Assembly (NCBI GenBank): GCA_050084985.1
Contig: JBITNC010000001.1
Coordinates: 161,386,001-161,450,000, forward strand
Reading direction: 5' to 3'
Length of the DNA: 64,000 nt
Source: Nageia nagi
Taxonomy: Eukaryota > Plantae > Pinophyta
A program made the translations under genes and the position numbers. Below the pieces are notes generated by a model. It saw only the letters and a list, made by a program, of their open reading frames with translations, was not told the origin of the DNA and made no database searches. Below are positions 39,253-52,568 of the stretch, piece by piece (the stretch's first letter is position 1; each line of letters starts with the position of its first letter).

Positions 39253-40405
39253 CATTTTTTATATTTTTTTTGTTAAGTGGTGATGTGAGTATTAATCTCT
39301 AGTACTCTCTCTCCTAGGGGAGGAGGGTGTCTTGCATGTGTCGTGCTATTGTGGCGAGGTTTTCTTTTGCTGTGCAGGTGAGGCTTAGGATGGATTCAAC
39401 ACCCACATCTATACCTCATCCTCTATCTTGGACTTCTTCACTACAACATGATGGGGATTCTCATGTGCAATTGCAAATCCCTATCAGTCTCACCCTCTAG
39501 ATAGATCAACCGCTCTCCTCCCAATCTCCAAAACTATGGATTCTTTTGCAACCAGATCTGCACGAATGAAATTACGTATTCCTCTTTAATCTCCTCAACT
39601 AGATAAGAATGATACGATTAATTAGAAGCTAAGTATGTGCTCACATGCTACCACCCTCCCTGCTCTTGAGTTCCTTCCTGCACCCTCACTCCGACAATGC
39701 AGTTATTTTATTAATACAATCTCGTCCTTTAACTCAAAGATCTTATGCATAAGGTGCAAATGAATACCTACCTAAAAATACCATTCCTTAATGATCCAGA
39801 AGAAAACTAACATGTGTAGAGAAGAAAAAACATACTAGAATGAAGCACATCTACCACCCAAACAAATACTCACTACAAATAAATTTTTTTGTTCTCCTAC
39901 TTTGTCGACTGCATTAAGAAAGCATTGATGGAGATTTTCCTTGTCTACTCAGTTTGTAACTTCCATTCTCCATCGCCCTTTCCCTTCATTGTACAAGTAG
40001 ATTTTCCAACAGAAACTAGGCTCACGGCCATTGAATCTATTCTGAAACCAACCAACTCTCTGCGAAATACTTGAATCCTCTAAAGTTCTAAACCCTGCCC
40101 GTTGTGTGTACATTCCGTGAATATTTGCAATGCAATGCATGCAAGTAGGGAATTCCTTTTCCCCACCATTTGTTTCTCGTTGCACAAATGGCTACCTGTC
40201 TCTCACCGAGGGAGTTCTTCACATGCATATTCAAATCGAATGATTTCACTTATTAAAATAAAGGTTTAATTCTGATTGCCACATGTCCCCCTGCTATAAC
40301 TTCTTTGACTCGTTAACATTGCCAGTTGAATGGTTGATTGGACTTTTCGATTAGTAATGTTAATTTAATAATTTAAAAATTTTATTATATAAATTTTCCT
40401 TTGAA

Positions 40406-40678
40406 ATTGAACAATTGATTAGGGTTAGCGTAGGGGACTATATATACTTTTCGAGAAGACAATAGTAATCATCTTGAAAAATATATTGTTTGAGTTGTAA
40501 AGGAGGTGGCCCTTTGAAGTGGCCCATGATTATTTTGGCTTTTAGTAATATCAATCTATTACTATCTTGTTACATTTGAGTTTGTGTTGCTTGTGATTAT
40601 GATATTGAGTTGTTTCTTTAGTTCACATTTACTATTATTCTATTTGAATTCTGTTTAGGAACTTGTAGGTTCCTAACA
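40406..40678 (+). repeat. 3' half of the chromovirus LTR at the unit junction
   Basis: Matches 2335-2598; ends TCCTAACA. Confidence 0.85.
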
Positions 40679-43600
40679 CTACACCTAGTTTCATCCTCCA
40701 CTTGAATCTTAAGAAGCTTGGAAGGGTTATCATCATGATACTTTTATTTCCTTTTTTTATATCGTTGAAGGTACATATCATGGTTGAGTACAACTAGGTA
40801 GCTCATAAATGAACTACATATCTGCCTACCAAATCACCTGTTTGATGAAATAAGATTTGAAAAAGGGCTTTCTATATAGTTTCAACCTATGACCATTAAC
40901 AAGAAACCCATTTGTGTAATTATCAATAGCCTTATGCTTGACTAAAGTATTTTAAAGAACTCTTCAATCTCATAAGTTACTAACCATTTAATGCAAAATT
41001 TTTGTTTGAAATCCTAGAACTTGAAATAAAAAAGTAGAGCCCAATCATATGCTTAGAAGGATTTAGGTAAAATTTGCTTATCATGCCACTACTTTCTCTA
41101 TTGTTGTACTAACTCTATAATTTGGAGAGCATCCAAATGGATTTCATTAAGAGCATTTAATAGAAGCAAACTTTCCTTCTATGAGAAGTAAGATCAATTC
41201 CCACCTAGAGAGTTGTTATTAATATCTTCACTTAAAATTCTATAGGAATGAATGCTATCTTTCTAGAGACCATTTCATAGGATGTAAGGCTTGTGGTAGA
41301 TTTTTATGTAGAGCCCAAGTTAATTCTTTAAGTTGAATAAATTAGTTTTCTCTATAGGAAGCCATGATATATGTAAGGATATTTTTCACCTTCACATGGC
41401 CATTTGATTATAGATGGTAAGGAGATGATTTTTGGTATTTTTCTATAAAATTTACAACAACATTAGAGATAAATTGAGGCACCTAATCTAAGATAATTTC
41501 TTATGGAGCTCCAAAGAGGGTAAAAATAAGATCATAGAGGAAATCAACCACTTTCTCCTTTATAGCTTGCTGCAATGGTTGGACGTCGGTCTATTTTGTG
41601 ATGAAGTTTGTACAAACTAAAATATGCTAGAAAAAATAAGTTGTTGGGCTAAGGGATCCAATAAAATCAATACCCTATTTATCAAATGGATCAAAGGAAA
41701 TTTGAGGGTGTTTAGGCATTTTTGTAGTAGGTTTTAATCAGCCCATGCTTTGATATGTGTCACATTAATAAATATATACCGTAACATCCCTATATAAGGT
41801 GGTATAAAAATATCCTATCTGTAGAATCTTTTAAATAATCCTTTACACTACATTATGTCCTCCACATGGTTCGTCATGAGCTACTTGCTGAATATCAAAT
41901 ATATCCTCTTCTAGTACATATATTTGTATTACATGATTAGGACACTATTTTAATAACATACCATCCATCCATATATATATGTTCCACTTTCATGAATAAG
42001 CTTCATTTTTCATAGGTTGAGAAGTAAGATGGGATTCTTCTTATGGCTTTAAGGTTTGCAATATTAGCGTACTAATGAATAGAAATTACAAATAAGTTTT
42101 CATTTGGAAATAGATCAGGTACATCCTCTAGTGGGTTGGCAAGTTGTAATCCTAGGAGATGACACAAGGGATCACTATTAGAAATTCGTAAATACCATGT
42201 GCAAAAATATAGGAAGTATTTTTAATATCTAATTCAACTAGAGATATATCAATAAGTACTTTATAAGGGGACGACGGTAGGGGTATTTAAAAAAGGGAGG
42301 TGGATTGGTGGGGAGGAGAAAGTAGTGTAGAGTTGAGGTTGGGGGGTGGTTAATTTTAAAAATAGGGTGTTTAATAAATTTAAAGGGGTGGTGGTAAATT
42401 TTAAAAATAGTATTTTTTTTTAAGAATGCCATTTTCACACATGTTTTGAAGGCTTTCTACGAAGTGACTCCTTTCTGATAGATGATAAGATATGGTATTA
42501 TCTTTTCTAGGATTATCTAAGATGGTAATATCAAATTCTTTTAATATAAGAATCTATCTACTAAGCCTTCCCTTGGGGACAACTTTACTCATAAGGTATT
42601 TTATGACTGAATGGTCAATGTCAATAAATACCTTATAACCTATGATATAATGTCTAAACTTGTTTATGGCATAAATAATGATGATAAATTATTTTTTAGT
42701 TATCATGTAATTCAGTTTAACACCATTTAGTTTCTTATTGCTATAGTAGATGGCATACGGATAATGATTTTTAATTTATGTGAGGATTGTTCCTATGGCC
42801 TAGTCAGATGCCTTAGTATGAATGTGAAAGGGAAATGATCAATTATGACCTCTAAGAATACGAGTGGTTCTTAGTTTCTCCTTCAGATGGTTGAAATACT
42901 TTTAGTATTTCTCAGTACAATGAAACTTAGTAATTTTTATCAATAGTTTGAATAATGGAGCAATTATCTTATTGAAATAGTTAATGAGCTATTGATAGTA
43001 TCCTACATGCCCAATGAAACTTTATACATATGATTGAATTTTAGGAATGGAAAGGGTATTTGTTATCTTAATTTTGCTAGGATCCACTCTTATACCATCT
43101 ATAGAAATGTAATATCTCAAAATCACCCCTTCAGTCATCATCATGTAGCACTTTTCATGGCTAAGAGCCAAATTATGGAGCTTACAATGCTTTAAAACTT
43201 ATTACAATTTTTTTATAGTATCCTCATTGGCATCACCATACACTATAGCTAATAAAACTGTTAAAAAAAGTAAACATACTTCTTACCAGCTACAGTATCC
43301 AACACCTAATCAATGAATGAAAAAGGAAAATGATCCTTCTTAGTATATATGAAGTTGGTAGTTAATAGCTTCTAAATCTTTTCTCGAACTATCTCGTGAA
43401 CGGTTGGATTAGCTCTCCTCTGAGGCTATCCAATAGTATATAGTCATATTTGATAAAGATTCTATGTGTAAAAAGGGAGAGATGAATTCCCTTCAATTTT
43501 TCATAACTTCATGCAAAGGCTAATTTATATCACTTTAAAAGATTCAATAGTTATTTCTCTTGAATATTCTCTAAGTGTACATTGATGTTCAATTACTTCC

Positions 43601-46600
43601 TTGGTGCTACTACAGCTCGCATGTAATTAGAAATAATATCAAGCATAAATGAGTCCTTAGAAAAATGATTAAATGAGCATATGTAGGGAAACATTTGGTG
43701 AATCACATCTAGGTCTTTAGAATTAGTGCTAGAGCACTCATTGATGGAGAATTTAGGGATGTAGGGAAGATCTAAAGTATTACAATATTCATATTTAAAA
43801 TCAAGAACTAGGAACTAATCATCACACATTTCCTCCTCCTCAATATGTTTGATGATGGTTATCATTACTAAATATTAGGCACTTTCTTCTTCATTAGAGC
43901 TTGGTCCATCAGAACTTAGTCCATCAAACTAAAACTTCAAAGGATGCTCCTCCTGATGTGGTTATAGAGATGGATATGTGGCTATGTGAGCTAATTGTTT
44001 ATCTTTAGTTACTACTACAAGAGTTGCAATTTCCTTAGTTAGCTTTAGTGACTTATCTTGAGATATTTCAAGATTTTTTGTAACTAATTTTGTAGTTAAA
44101 GTTACCTTCCTTTTATCAGATGCATTTATTTCAAAAAGGATCTTATCTTCTACCTCCATGATTATGGGAGAAGAAGGATCAAGTAATATTTTTCTTGATC
44201 AAAGATGGATTTCATGATAGAGTAAAATATTTATGAAATATTTGCCTTCAACTTCATAGACCTGCTATGGAGTATATATATTATTGGGATTAAGAATTGG
44301 TTGAGCAATAACGGGAGGTTATTTTGGTGATGCATTATTTCTAGAAGGTGAAGCTTGAAAAAGGCATTATTGTTATAGTTGTTGTGGAGCTAGACCTGTA
44401 AATTGACTCTAATTGGGTACAAATGACTATTGAAACCACTACTAGTTTTTCCAATTTTGTTGTGGCCAAGGCTAAGATTACCAATTAGGTTGGGGCCATG
44501 GAGACCACCTAGGTTGAGGTTGAGACCACATTGGGTTAAAGGGGGAATTAAAAGGACCATAACCATCTAGGTAATACCTTATGGGTAGAGTTCTAGATTA
44601 AAAATTTCAAACGATCCCCTTTGGGCAATGAAGAAAATCTAATTGATGTCTTGAAGCTCAAGTTCCTTCAACATAATCTTGACAACAAGGAGATGGAGGC
44701 ATGCTTTTTTAGTATTATCCTTTTTTTATATGATGTAAATCATTATCTTTTCAGGGGATGTTGGTGAAGTGCATATTATTTCTTACATCTTGGGTAGTAT
44801 ATTCCTTCAATAGGGGCATCATTATTTTTTTTAACAAATTTTAATGAGGATGAAAATATACCCAATAATTATATCTTCATGCTATGAAACATGTTGCTCA
44901 ATTCAGATTGGGTGACTCCTCTAGAAGCTATTCCTCTGATCCTGTTACTACATAAGAGTGGCCTGATACAAGATTAATGGATACATAACTCAAGAATTTG
45001 TCTAAAGGGAAGGTTGAAAACATCACCCTCTACCATAACATGAAGAATATCCATGGACTCTTCTCTCAACCCTTTGAGAAAAATAGTCTTCATTACATAT
45101 TCAACAAGATCCAAATTTTCTCTTTGTTTAATAAATTCAAACAACTCTATGTAGTCTTTTAGAGATTCATCCTCTTTCTAAGAAGTCCTAAACAATTCAA
45201 CATTCTTTTCTTTGACCTTGTAGTAATCTTGATACTTCTCAAAGAAGATTTCCTTCGTTCCATCTATCAAAGTTCCATCCCATCTAGTTTTTGTGTTCTC
45301 TAGAAGATTCATAAACCAACGCATGGCTACATCCTTCAATGTAGATGGAAATAACTTAAGTTTTTAAACATATAACATGTAATCATAAGTCCTATAGAGG
45401 AATTCAAACTCAAACATGAATGCATATGGGTCCTAAGTAGCCAACCCCTAAAGTTTGGTAATACAAAGAGGGAGATATTCTTCATAGGGGTAGCAACTTC
45501 TTATATTCTTGGGAACCAAATGGGATATTTAAATGCATTAATGGTATGTTATTTTTGAACCATGTTGTAGGCCCAAGGGATCTACCAAGTTTGTAGGTAA
45601 TTACTCCTTGGAGTATATTTAAAAATCACTTTGGATGAATCCTCAACATTTTCCTTGATACTTTTTGTAGTACCTTATTTAGCACCTTTAGGTAACTTTG
45701 AAGTAGATCTATATCCTGTAGTATGTCATGAGTGTGTAGCCACTAAAGAAATACCTTCCAAGTGCTCAGATCCTTATTCAATGTGAGTTATATGGTCATG
45801 CTATCTAGAGGGGGTACCAACTTCTTCTTCTTTAGCTTTCAAGCTCTCTTCTTCTTGTTATCCAATATCTACTACTTTTGCATGATTGGGAATTAACTAG
45901 CCATGAATATCTCATAATCAATTTATTCATTATTTCTCCTAGTTCTTAAATTATGCTAAGTTAACTTCTACTAAATAATCATCTTCTAATTACCAAAAAT
46001 AAATTAAAAAAAAACTAAAGGTACGAATACTTAGAACCTTTCTCCTGTTGCTTTAATCTCCACCTGAGAGCTACCTGCTAGTGTAGTAGACTAGGGACAC
46101 TTCTAAGTATTTCAATCATCAATGCATTTTAGAGTCTAATACTGGCCTTTCTATAATCCTAAAAAATGGCACCAAAAAGTAATAAATTTCCTAATTAAAT
46201 TGCAACTAGGTATTGCTAGCATTCCTTGGTGATCCTCACATCATGTCTACTACTTAGGAATTGATCAATTTCAAGTATAGAAAAATAATGTTCTAATTAT
46301 GTATGGATTTATTTTTATCTCATCGCTTCAAAGAAGAAACATTTTGTTCTTAACTATGAGGGATTATACTTATCATTTTAAAGTCATCTAGGTTTGATTT
46401 AAATATAGTGTACTCTATATGAGATAATATGATATTCTAGAACTTACTGGGTGGTACTATCCTACAGAAAGGAAATGATGCCACTATCCATACTCTAAAA
46501 TTCAAGATAACAATAATCACACCTATAACTAGCTTTACCTAATACTAAACTTAAGAAGATGAAATACAACTTAAAATAAAACTAGATTATCTTACTAAAT

Positions 46601-49366
46601 TTTACTTCTATTCCTACTGTAACAAGATCTAAAAGGATTGTTCACCCTTGGTGGACCCTTTATTCCATCTCTCATAGATCCTTCCCATCTAGTTTTTGCG
46701 TTCTTAAGAAAACTCATAAACCAACACATGGCTACATCCTTCAATGTATATGGAAATAACTTAAGTTTTTAAATATAAAACATGTAATCATAAGTCCTAT
46801 AGAGGAATTCAAACTCAAACATGAATACGTATGGGTCCTAAGTAGCCAACCCCTAAAGGTTGGTAATACTAAGAGGGAGATATTCTTCATGGGGGTAGCA
46901 TCTCTTTATATTCTTGGGAACTAAATGGAATATTTAAATGCATGAATGGTATGCTATTTTTCAATCATGTTGTAGGCCCAAGGGATCTAGCAAGTTTGTA
47001 GGTAATTACTCCTTGGAGTATATTTAAAAGTCACTTTGGGTGACTCCTCAACATCTTCCTCAATACTTTTTGTAGTACCTTATTTAGTAGCTTTAGGTAT
47101 CTTTGAAGTAGATCCATATCCTGTAGTATGTCATGAGTGTGTAACCATTGAAGAAATACCTTCCAAGTGCTTAGATCCTTATTCAGTGTGAGCTATATGC
47201 TCAAGCTATCTAGAGGGGGTACCAACTTCTTCTTTATCTTTCAAGCTCCCTTCTTGTTATCATCCAATATCTACTCCTGGATGATTGGGAATGAACTACC
47301 CATGACTATCTCATAATCAATTCATTCACTATATCTCCTAGTTCTTACATTATGCTAAGTTAACTTCTATTGAATAATCAACTTCTAATTACCAAAAATA
47401 AATTAAAATCAAAATAAAGGTATGACTACTCAAAATCTTTCTCCTATTGCTTTAATCTCCACTTGAGAGCTATCTGCTAGTGTAGTAGACTAGGGACCCT
47501 TCTAAGTATTCCAATCATTAATGCATTTCAGAGTCTAATACTCTCCTTCCTACAATCCTAAAAAATGGCACCAAAAAGTAATAAATTTCCTAATTAAATT
47601 GCAACCAAGTATTGCTAGCATTTCTTGGTGATCCTCACATCATGTCTAATGCTTAGGAAGTGATCAATTTCAAGTATAGATAAATAATGTTCTAATTATG
47701 TATGGATTTATATTTATCTCATCACTTAAAAGAAGAACCATTTTGTTCTTAACTATGAGGGATTATACTTATCATTTTAAATTCATTTAGGCTTGATTTA
47801 AATAGAGTGTACTTTGTATGAGATAATATGATACTTTAGAACTTACTAGGTGGTACTATCCTACAGAAAGGAAATGACATTAGTATCCATACTCTAAAAT
47901 TCAAGATAATAATAATCACACCTACAACTAGCTTTACCTAATACTAAACATAAGAAGATGAAATGCAACATAAAATGAAACTAGATTATCTTACTAAATT
48001 TTACTTCTATTCCTACTGCAAGAAAATCTATAGGGACTGTTCACCCGTGGTGGGCCCTTTCCAAGTTTATAAATTATACATGATCTTCTTCCTACTCTAT
48101 GTTAATTCAATACTATAATAATTAATTAATCATTCATCATATAAGATAAGTCATTTAACAAAATATAACTTCTTATTACATTATGTAGGTTATGTCATCA
48201 TTAAAAGATATGGCATATTAAATAATGACTATACAAGATCACAATGTTCATCACACTATGATTCACAAATCATTTAACAAACTTTTATACCTCTCAACAT
48301 GCATTTATAAATTTCTTGGAGTTATTGCAACTTTACAAAAAAGACTATTCCTAGTACATAAATCTAAAAATGATCAAGACTATTACAACCATTCATATTC
48401 TATAGTTATTAGTTAGTTCAACAAACAAGGGAGGTAGTTGGAAGGTATTGCTTCTCTAGCTCACTCAAGAGATCTCCTAGATTTGAAGGCAACATCCTCC
48501 TATTCCTCAGGATGATTCCTTGTTTACTTCATTGATTATGTTCTCCTGGTATGGTGCTACCTTTGTATTAAGTACATGTCAATAGGGTTGAGCTCCATAG
48601 TAGATTCCATAGTAGACTTTACAACTTACTCTATAGCTATGCAATGTCCTTAACTTGTAGCACATCCATATTGAAAAATAAATATCATCTAAATCTATTT
48701 ATATCATTATAAATAAAAGTATCATAATATGGCAAGTTTATTAGTGTCTATATGTTCTCTCAAAATGAAATTTAATTTAGGGACTTCAAAAACTTAGATA
48801 ATTGACTCAAAATATCATTAAAATCCTAGACCTATCAAGAACATGTACTTAATCAGAGTCTAAGTTGACTAGTTTCCTCTACCTTGAAATATAAGAAACT
48901 TTCTAAACTTTTGGACTAATCAAAGATTGTGGCACTAAAAGTAATTCATAATTTCACTACTAAAAGATCATGATTATTCAATATATAAAGTGAACATAAT
49001 ATACATGTTTTTATCAAGAAATGATATTGCAATTTTGCTTTAAGTAACTAAGGCATGAGTGTTGTTTATTTGACAAATACAAACAAATTCAAGTTGGATT
49101 AGGAATGAAAACCTTTATCCTGTAAATTATGTATCAAAAGTATAATATTTTTTATGATAAGGACTAATTTTTATGACTTTTTCTTGTCAAAAAGAAAAAG
49201 CATAATTATGATAAGAATCATAAAGATTCTAAACATCTGACGGTATAAAAAATACACTTAATTGATTAAAAACTTGAATCATATAGAGGTATGCTAGTCT
49301 TCAATATTAAAGTTTGACTTCGATTTAATCAATACCATGGTAATCATTAAAATAAACTCCTAATCA
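40679..49366 (-). mobile_element. Athila-like remnant in unit 4 (includes the MITE at 42163-42477; no Tat insertion)
   Basis: Homologous to 2599-9229 plus 17735-18888. Confidence 0.82.
42163..42477. mobile_element. hAT-like MITE, unit 4 copy
   Basis: CACAAGGGATCACT ... AGTGACTCCTTTCTG flanked by GGAGATGA / ATAGATGA. Confidence 0.55.
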
Positions 49367-49646
49367 TGTAATAAATTTCATCTTTAAATTACCAATGGTT
49401 CTAGAATAGTCTAGGCAAGACTTGGACTTTTAATAGTCTATATGAAATAGATATAAGTGATAGAAATATGATCTTTTGATATAGGTTCTACAATCCAATC
49501 ATGTTAAAGAACTTAAAAAAAAAATCCTATAAACTATTTTGTTTTGAAGGATTTTAAAGAACTTCAATAGTTTATGTAATCAAAGTTAATCAAAATAAAT
49601 AAATGTATATATTGAAAAGTTGTTGACAAGTCTTATAAACTATTGA

Positions 49647-49920
49647 TTTTTTTTGGGTTTACTCGGAGGAAAACTTTTCTAAAAACCCATCCTTAAACTA
49701 TTGAGTTTTTATTGGGTTTACTCATGAGACAAACTATTCTAGGAACTCCCTCATGGCGACAAGTAAGGTAAACTTTTAATGTTCCTCCATCCACCTGATG
49801 ACTATGGATAGAATAATAGTCAAATTGTAGCTCCGCTACAATATAATAAAATAATCTATGAAATTCGAACTTGGGAATCCTAAAGATCAACCCAAACCTT
49901 AACCAATGCGTTGTCCCCTT
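49647..49920 (-). mobile_element. Putative tRNA-derived SINE, unit 4 copy
   Basis: Copy of 19170-19454. Confidence 0.45.
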
Positions 49921-51837
49921 GGAAACTATAAATTAGTAAGTTTAGAGGATGTTTTTGAAAGAAAATATTCATATATTAATGTAATATATTTAAATAAATA
50001 AATAATATCCTTCAATTACCTTTTTAAATATTAAAAAATTACCTTTAAAAGGCTTACTTAGATCAAAATATACTTAAGATTGATTTGTTTTAATAAATCA
50101 AGATAAATAAATATAATTAAATATAACTTTCAATATATACACAATAATTTAAATCTAAGCAATATATATACAATATATTTATATGAAAATTTGAAATTAA
50201 TTTAAAAAATAAAATTCAAATATATTTTGAATAAAAATTTAATATAAAATTAATTTTAAATACAGTAAACATCATATCACTTCTTTTTTATGATATTTAG
50301 TAAAAATCATTCTCCAACAAACAAATTCTATCTTAAAGGAGATGATGACCATTATAGTCAATTTATCATATGACTATACTTTTTGCCCCCAATGGCACCA
50401 TAGGTATAGTAAAATGAATACTTGAGAATTATTTATAACTTATTATCAATGCTTAACATGAGTAGGTCTAATATTTTAAAAATTAAAGTGTACAGGTAAA
50501 TTATTTTTCATAGTTTTAGTACCTTCATGTACAATGGCTACATCCTCGCATATGCAAATGCATAAGAAACTCTTATCATATTTATTACACTATAGCGTCT
50601 CTTGGCATTGTTTAGAAGCAAAAACAAGATCTATGGTGGTGTGAGGTTGGTCAATGGTTGAAACAAACTAAACTATTAATTTTATATTTTTTTTCAAAAT
50701 TTACCAGTACGCTTGTCATTTTCAATCATTATCAACTCTATATTGGAAAATTTCTTTGCGTGATGTAAACCTATGTCAATGAAACCAATTCAACTTTAAA
50801 TACATTGATTGCAAACTCAATCCTTTGCAAGTGATATTCATATCGATGTGGAGAATGGTAGGCTGCTAACAATCTCGTACTCTTCATAGACATGCCTTTG
50901 AAAAGCTAAGTATCGTAGTCAAGAGAAGAAAATCAAATCAACATTGCATCATTTAACAATACAAACTAATATCTTTAATGGAAATAACTATGGCTGCCAC
51001 CTTTGTACTCTATGTACGTTGTGTACGTGTAATTATACTTTGATATTTTCATTCCCATAGAGACCAACAATTATTTTCATTATATATGATATTTTCATTG
51101 AACTGAACATGAACATGAAACGAGAACCAACAACCAAACCAATGAGCAAAAATAAAATTAAGACAAAGGAGCTAATAGCATCAGGTAATTACGCTTTTCT
51201 GTTAATTTTTCAGCATCGAAAATGATTGCTAAACTCACTTCATTGTTTTGTACTTTCATGAAAACAATTATTTTGATCATTTGAATTATATAAGCAAAGT
51301 TTTATGAACTTATTTGTACAATACTTTTACAAGATGAATTACACAAACAATGCACGAAATTACATAAAGTATGCACTAAATTATCTATTAGTATAAATAT
51401 TTGCAAAAAAAATTCCTCACCAGTTGGACCTGCGTGGCTACAAGTAAAACTTTGTCCATCAGACATTTTACCAAAATTGTTACACTAAGTTGTTACATTC
51501 AGAAACAACACTAAGAGAAGGATGCGACTCCTAGGCTCCTAGCTGATGGATACCCAGATCCGTAAATGGCCTCGAGCATCCATGGTAGTATAGGGTACCT
51601 ATGTTTAATCAATCAGGTTTACCAGAGACATAGAGGAATTATATCCTTTTTCTGTCTCTACGTATTTACTTCAAAATTAGCCATTAAATTTGGAAAATCT
51701 CATTCATCTTTCATACGCCGAAGCATGAAATTGTAACAAACACTATTATAGTGAGAATAATTCTTAAAGCAATAAAACACACACAATCAAATCTACTTTT
51801 TTACAATCAAACTATTACATATTGACCCCACACAATC

Positions 51838-52197
51838 GTGGCCTTCACCTTCAAACCGTTTCTTCTTCTCTTTGCTTTGCTATTGGCATCTGCAAGTACA
51901 ATGGCAACGTTGCCGTGGCCGCCGCCTGTTGTCGTCTCTCACTATCTCGCAATATCTTTTGAGGACTTTGCAGGCCGACTACGTGTCGAGAATCATCCGC
52001 ATAGTGGGATACTTGCCGATTGCACTGACCTTCTACTGGCGTCTCAAAATGCTTGTGATCGCCCGCTCACCACGCTGGTGGTAGGTAATACAAAGCAAGC
52101 TGCCACCTATATGTCCAAAGTAATGCAGAAAAATATTGAAGAGGAAGAAGAAAACCAATGCCAACGTACCACTGACATGTCAAAAAATTGTACGTAA
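51838..52197 (+). CDS. Uncharacterised 119-codon ORF with GTG start and signal-peptide-like N-terminus; coding status uncertain
   Basis: AFTFKPFLLLFALLLASASTMA-TLPWPPP; start context CAATC-GTG-GCC; in-frame ACAATGGC at 51898-51905; CpG-rich island. No family recognised. Confidence 0.3.
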   Translation: MAFTFKPFLLLFALLLASASTMATLPWPPPVVVSHYLAISFEDFAGRLRVENHPHSGILADCTDLLLASQNACDRPLTTLVVGNTKQAATYMSKVMQKNIEEEEENQCQRTTDMSKNCT

Positions 52198-52568
52198 AGC
52201 ATACTAACACAGAGAAATAAAAATAAGAGAGATTATTTGAAAATGGATTTAAAACAATAATTATTTAACTATAAACTTAAAGAATTGAAATATTTATTAC
52301 TTATATATTAGAAACAAAGCATCACAATACAGAGATGCATTTCAATTATCACAAAGGCATCTACACCATTTAGTATTATACATAAATTTGCTCACTGAGC
52401 AGACAAAATATAAATTACCAAGATTAATCATCCGATTGAAAAACAATACTCTTCACAACTATCAGACCTATTTTTCTCCAGCAGATTGAAAGTGTATATC
52501 CATGTTCATACAATATTATTTTATTGCATGTGTAAAGAGCCAATTATAAAGCTTAACATCCCAATTAC
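52107..52568 (-). other. Putative intron of the ProDH pseudogene (GTAATT...CATATAG, 462 nt)
   Basis: U-rich on the minus strand with a pyrimidine-rich 3' end; the donor is the consensus GTAAGT in the unit 5 copy (62637-62642). Confidence 0.55.

Larger units (their letters stand above)
29814..40405 (+). repeat. Tandem array unit 3 (first ~3 kb of the master unit missing)
   Basis: Colinear with 43441-54057. Confidence 0.92.

Noticed and set aside
51835-51890. Minus-strand AKRRRNGLKVKA resembling the MADS-box KRRNGLLKKA motif
   Set aside because: The flanking MADS residues (RQVTF, ELSVLCD) cannot be recovered without several ad hoc indels.
51955-52035. Weak resemblance to germin-like (QDFCVAD) or hybrid proline-rich (TCPIDAL) motifs in the + ORF
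   Set aside because: Each needs multiple assumed frameshifts; not distinguishable from chance.
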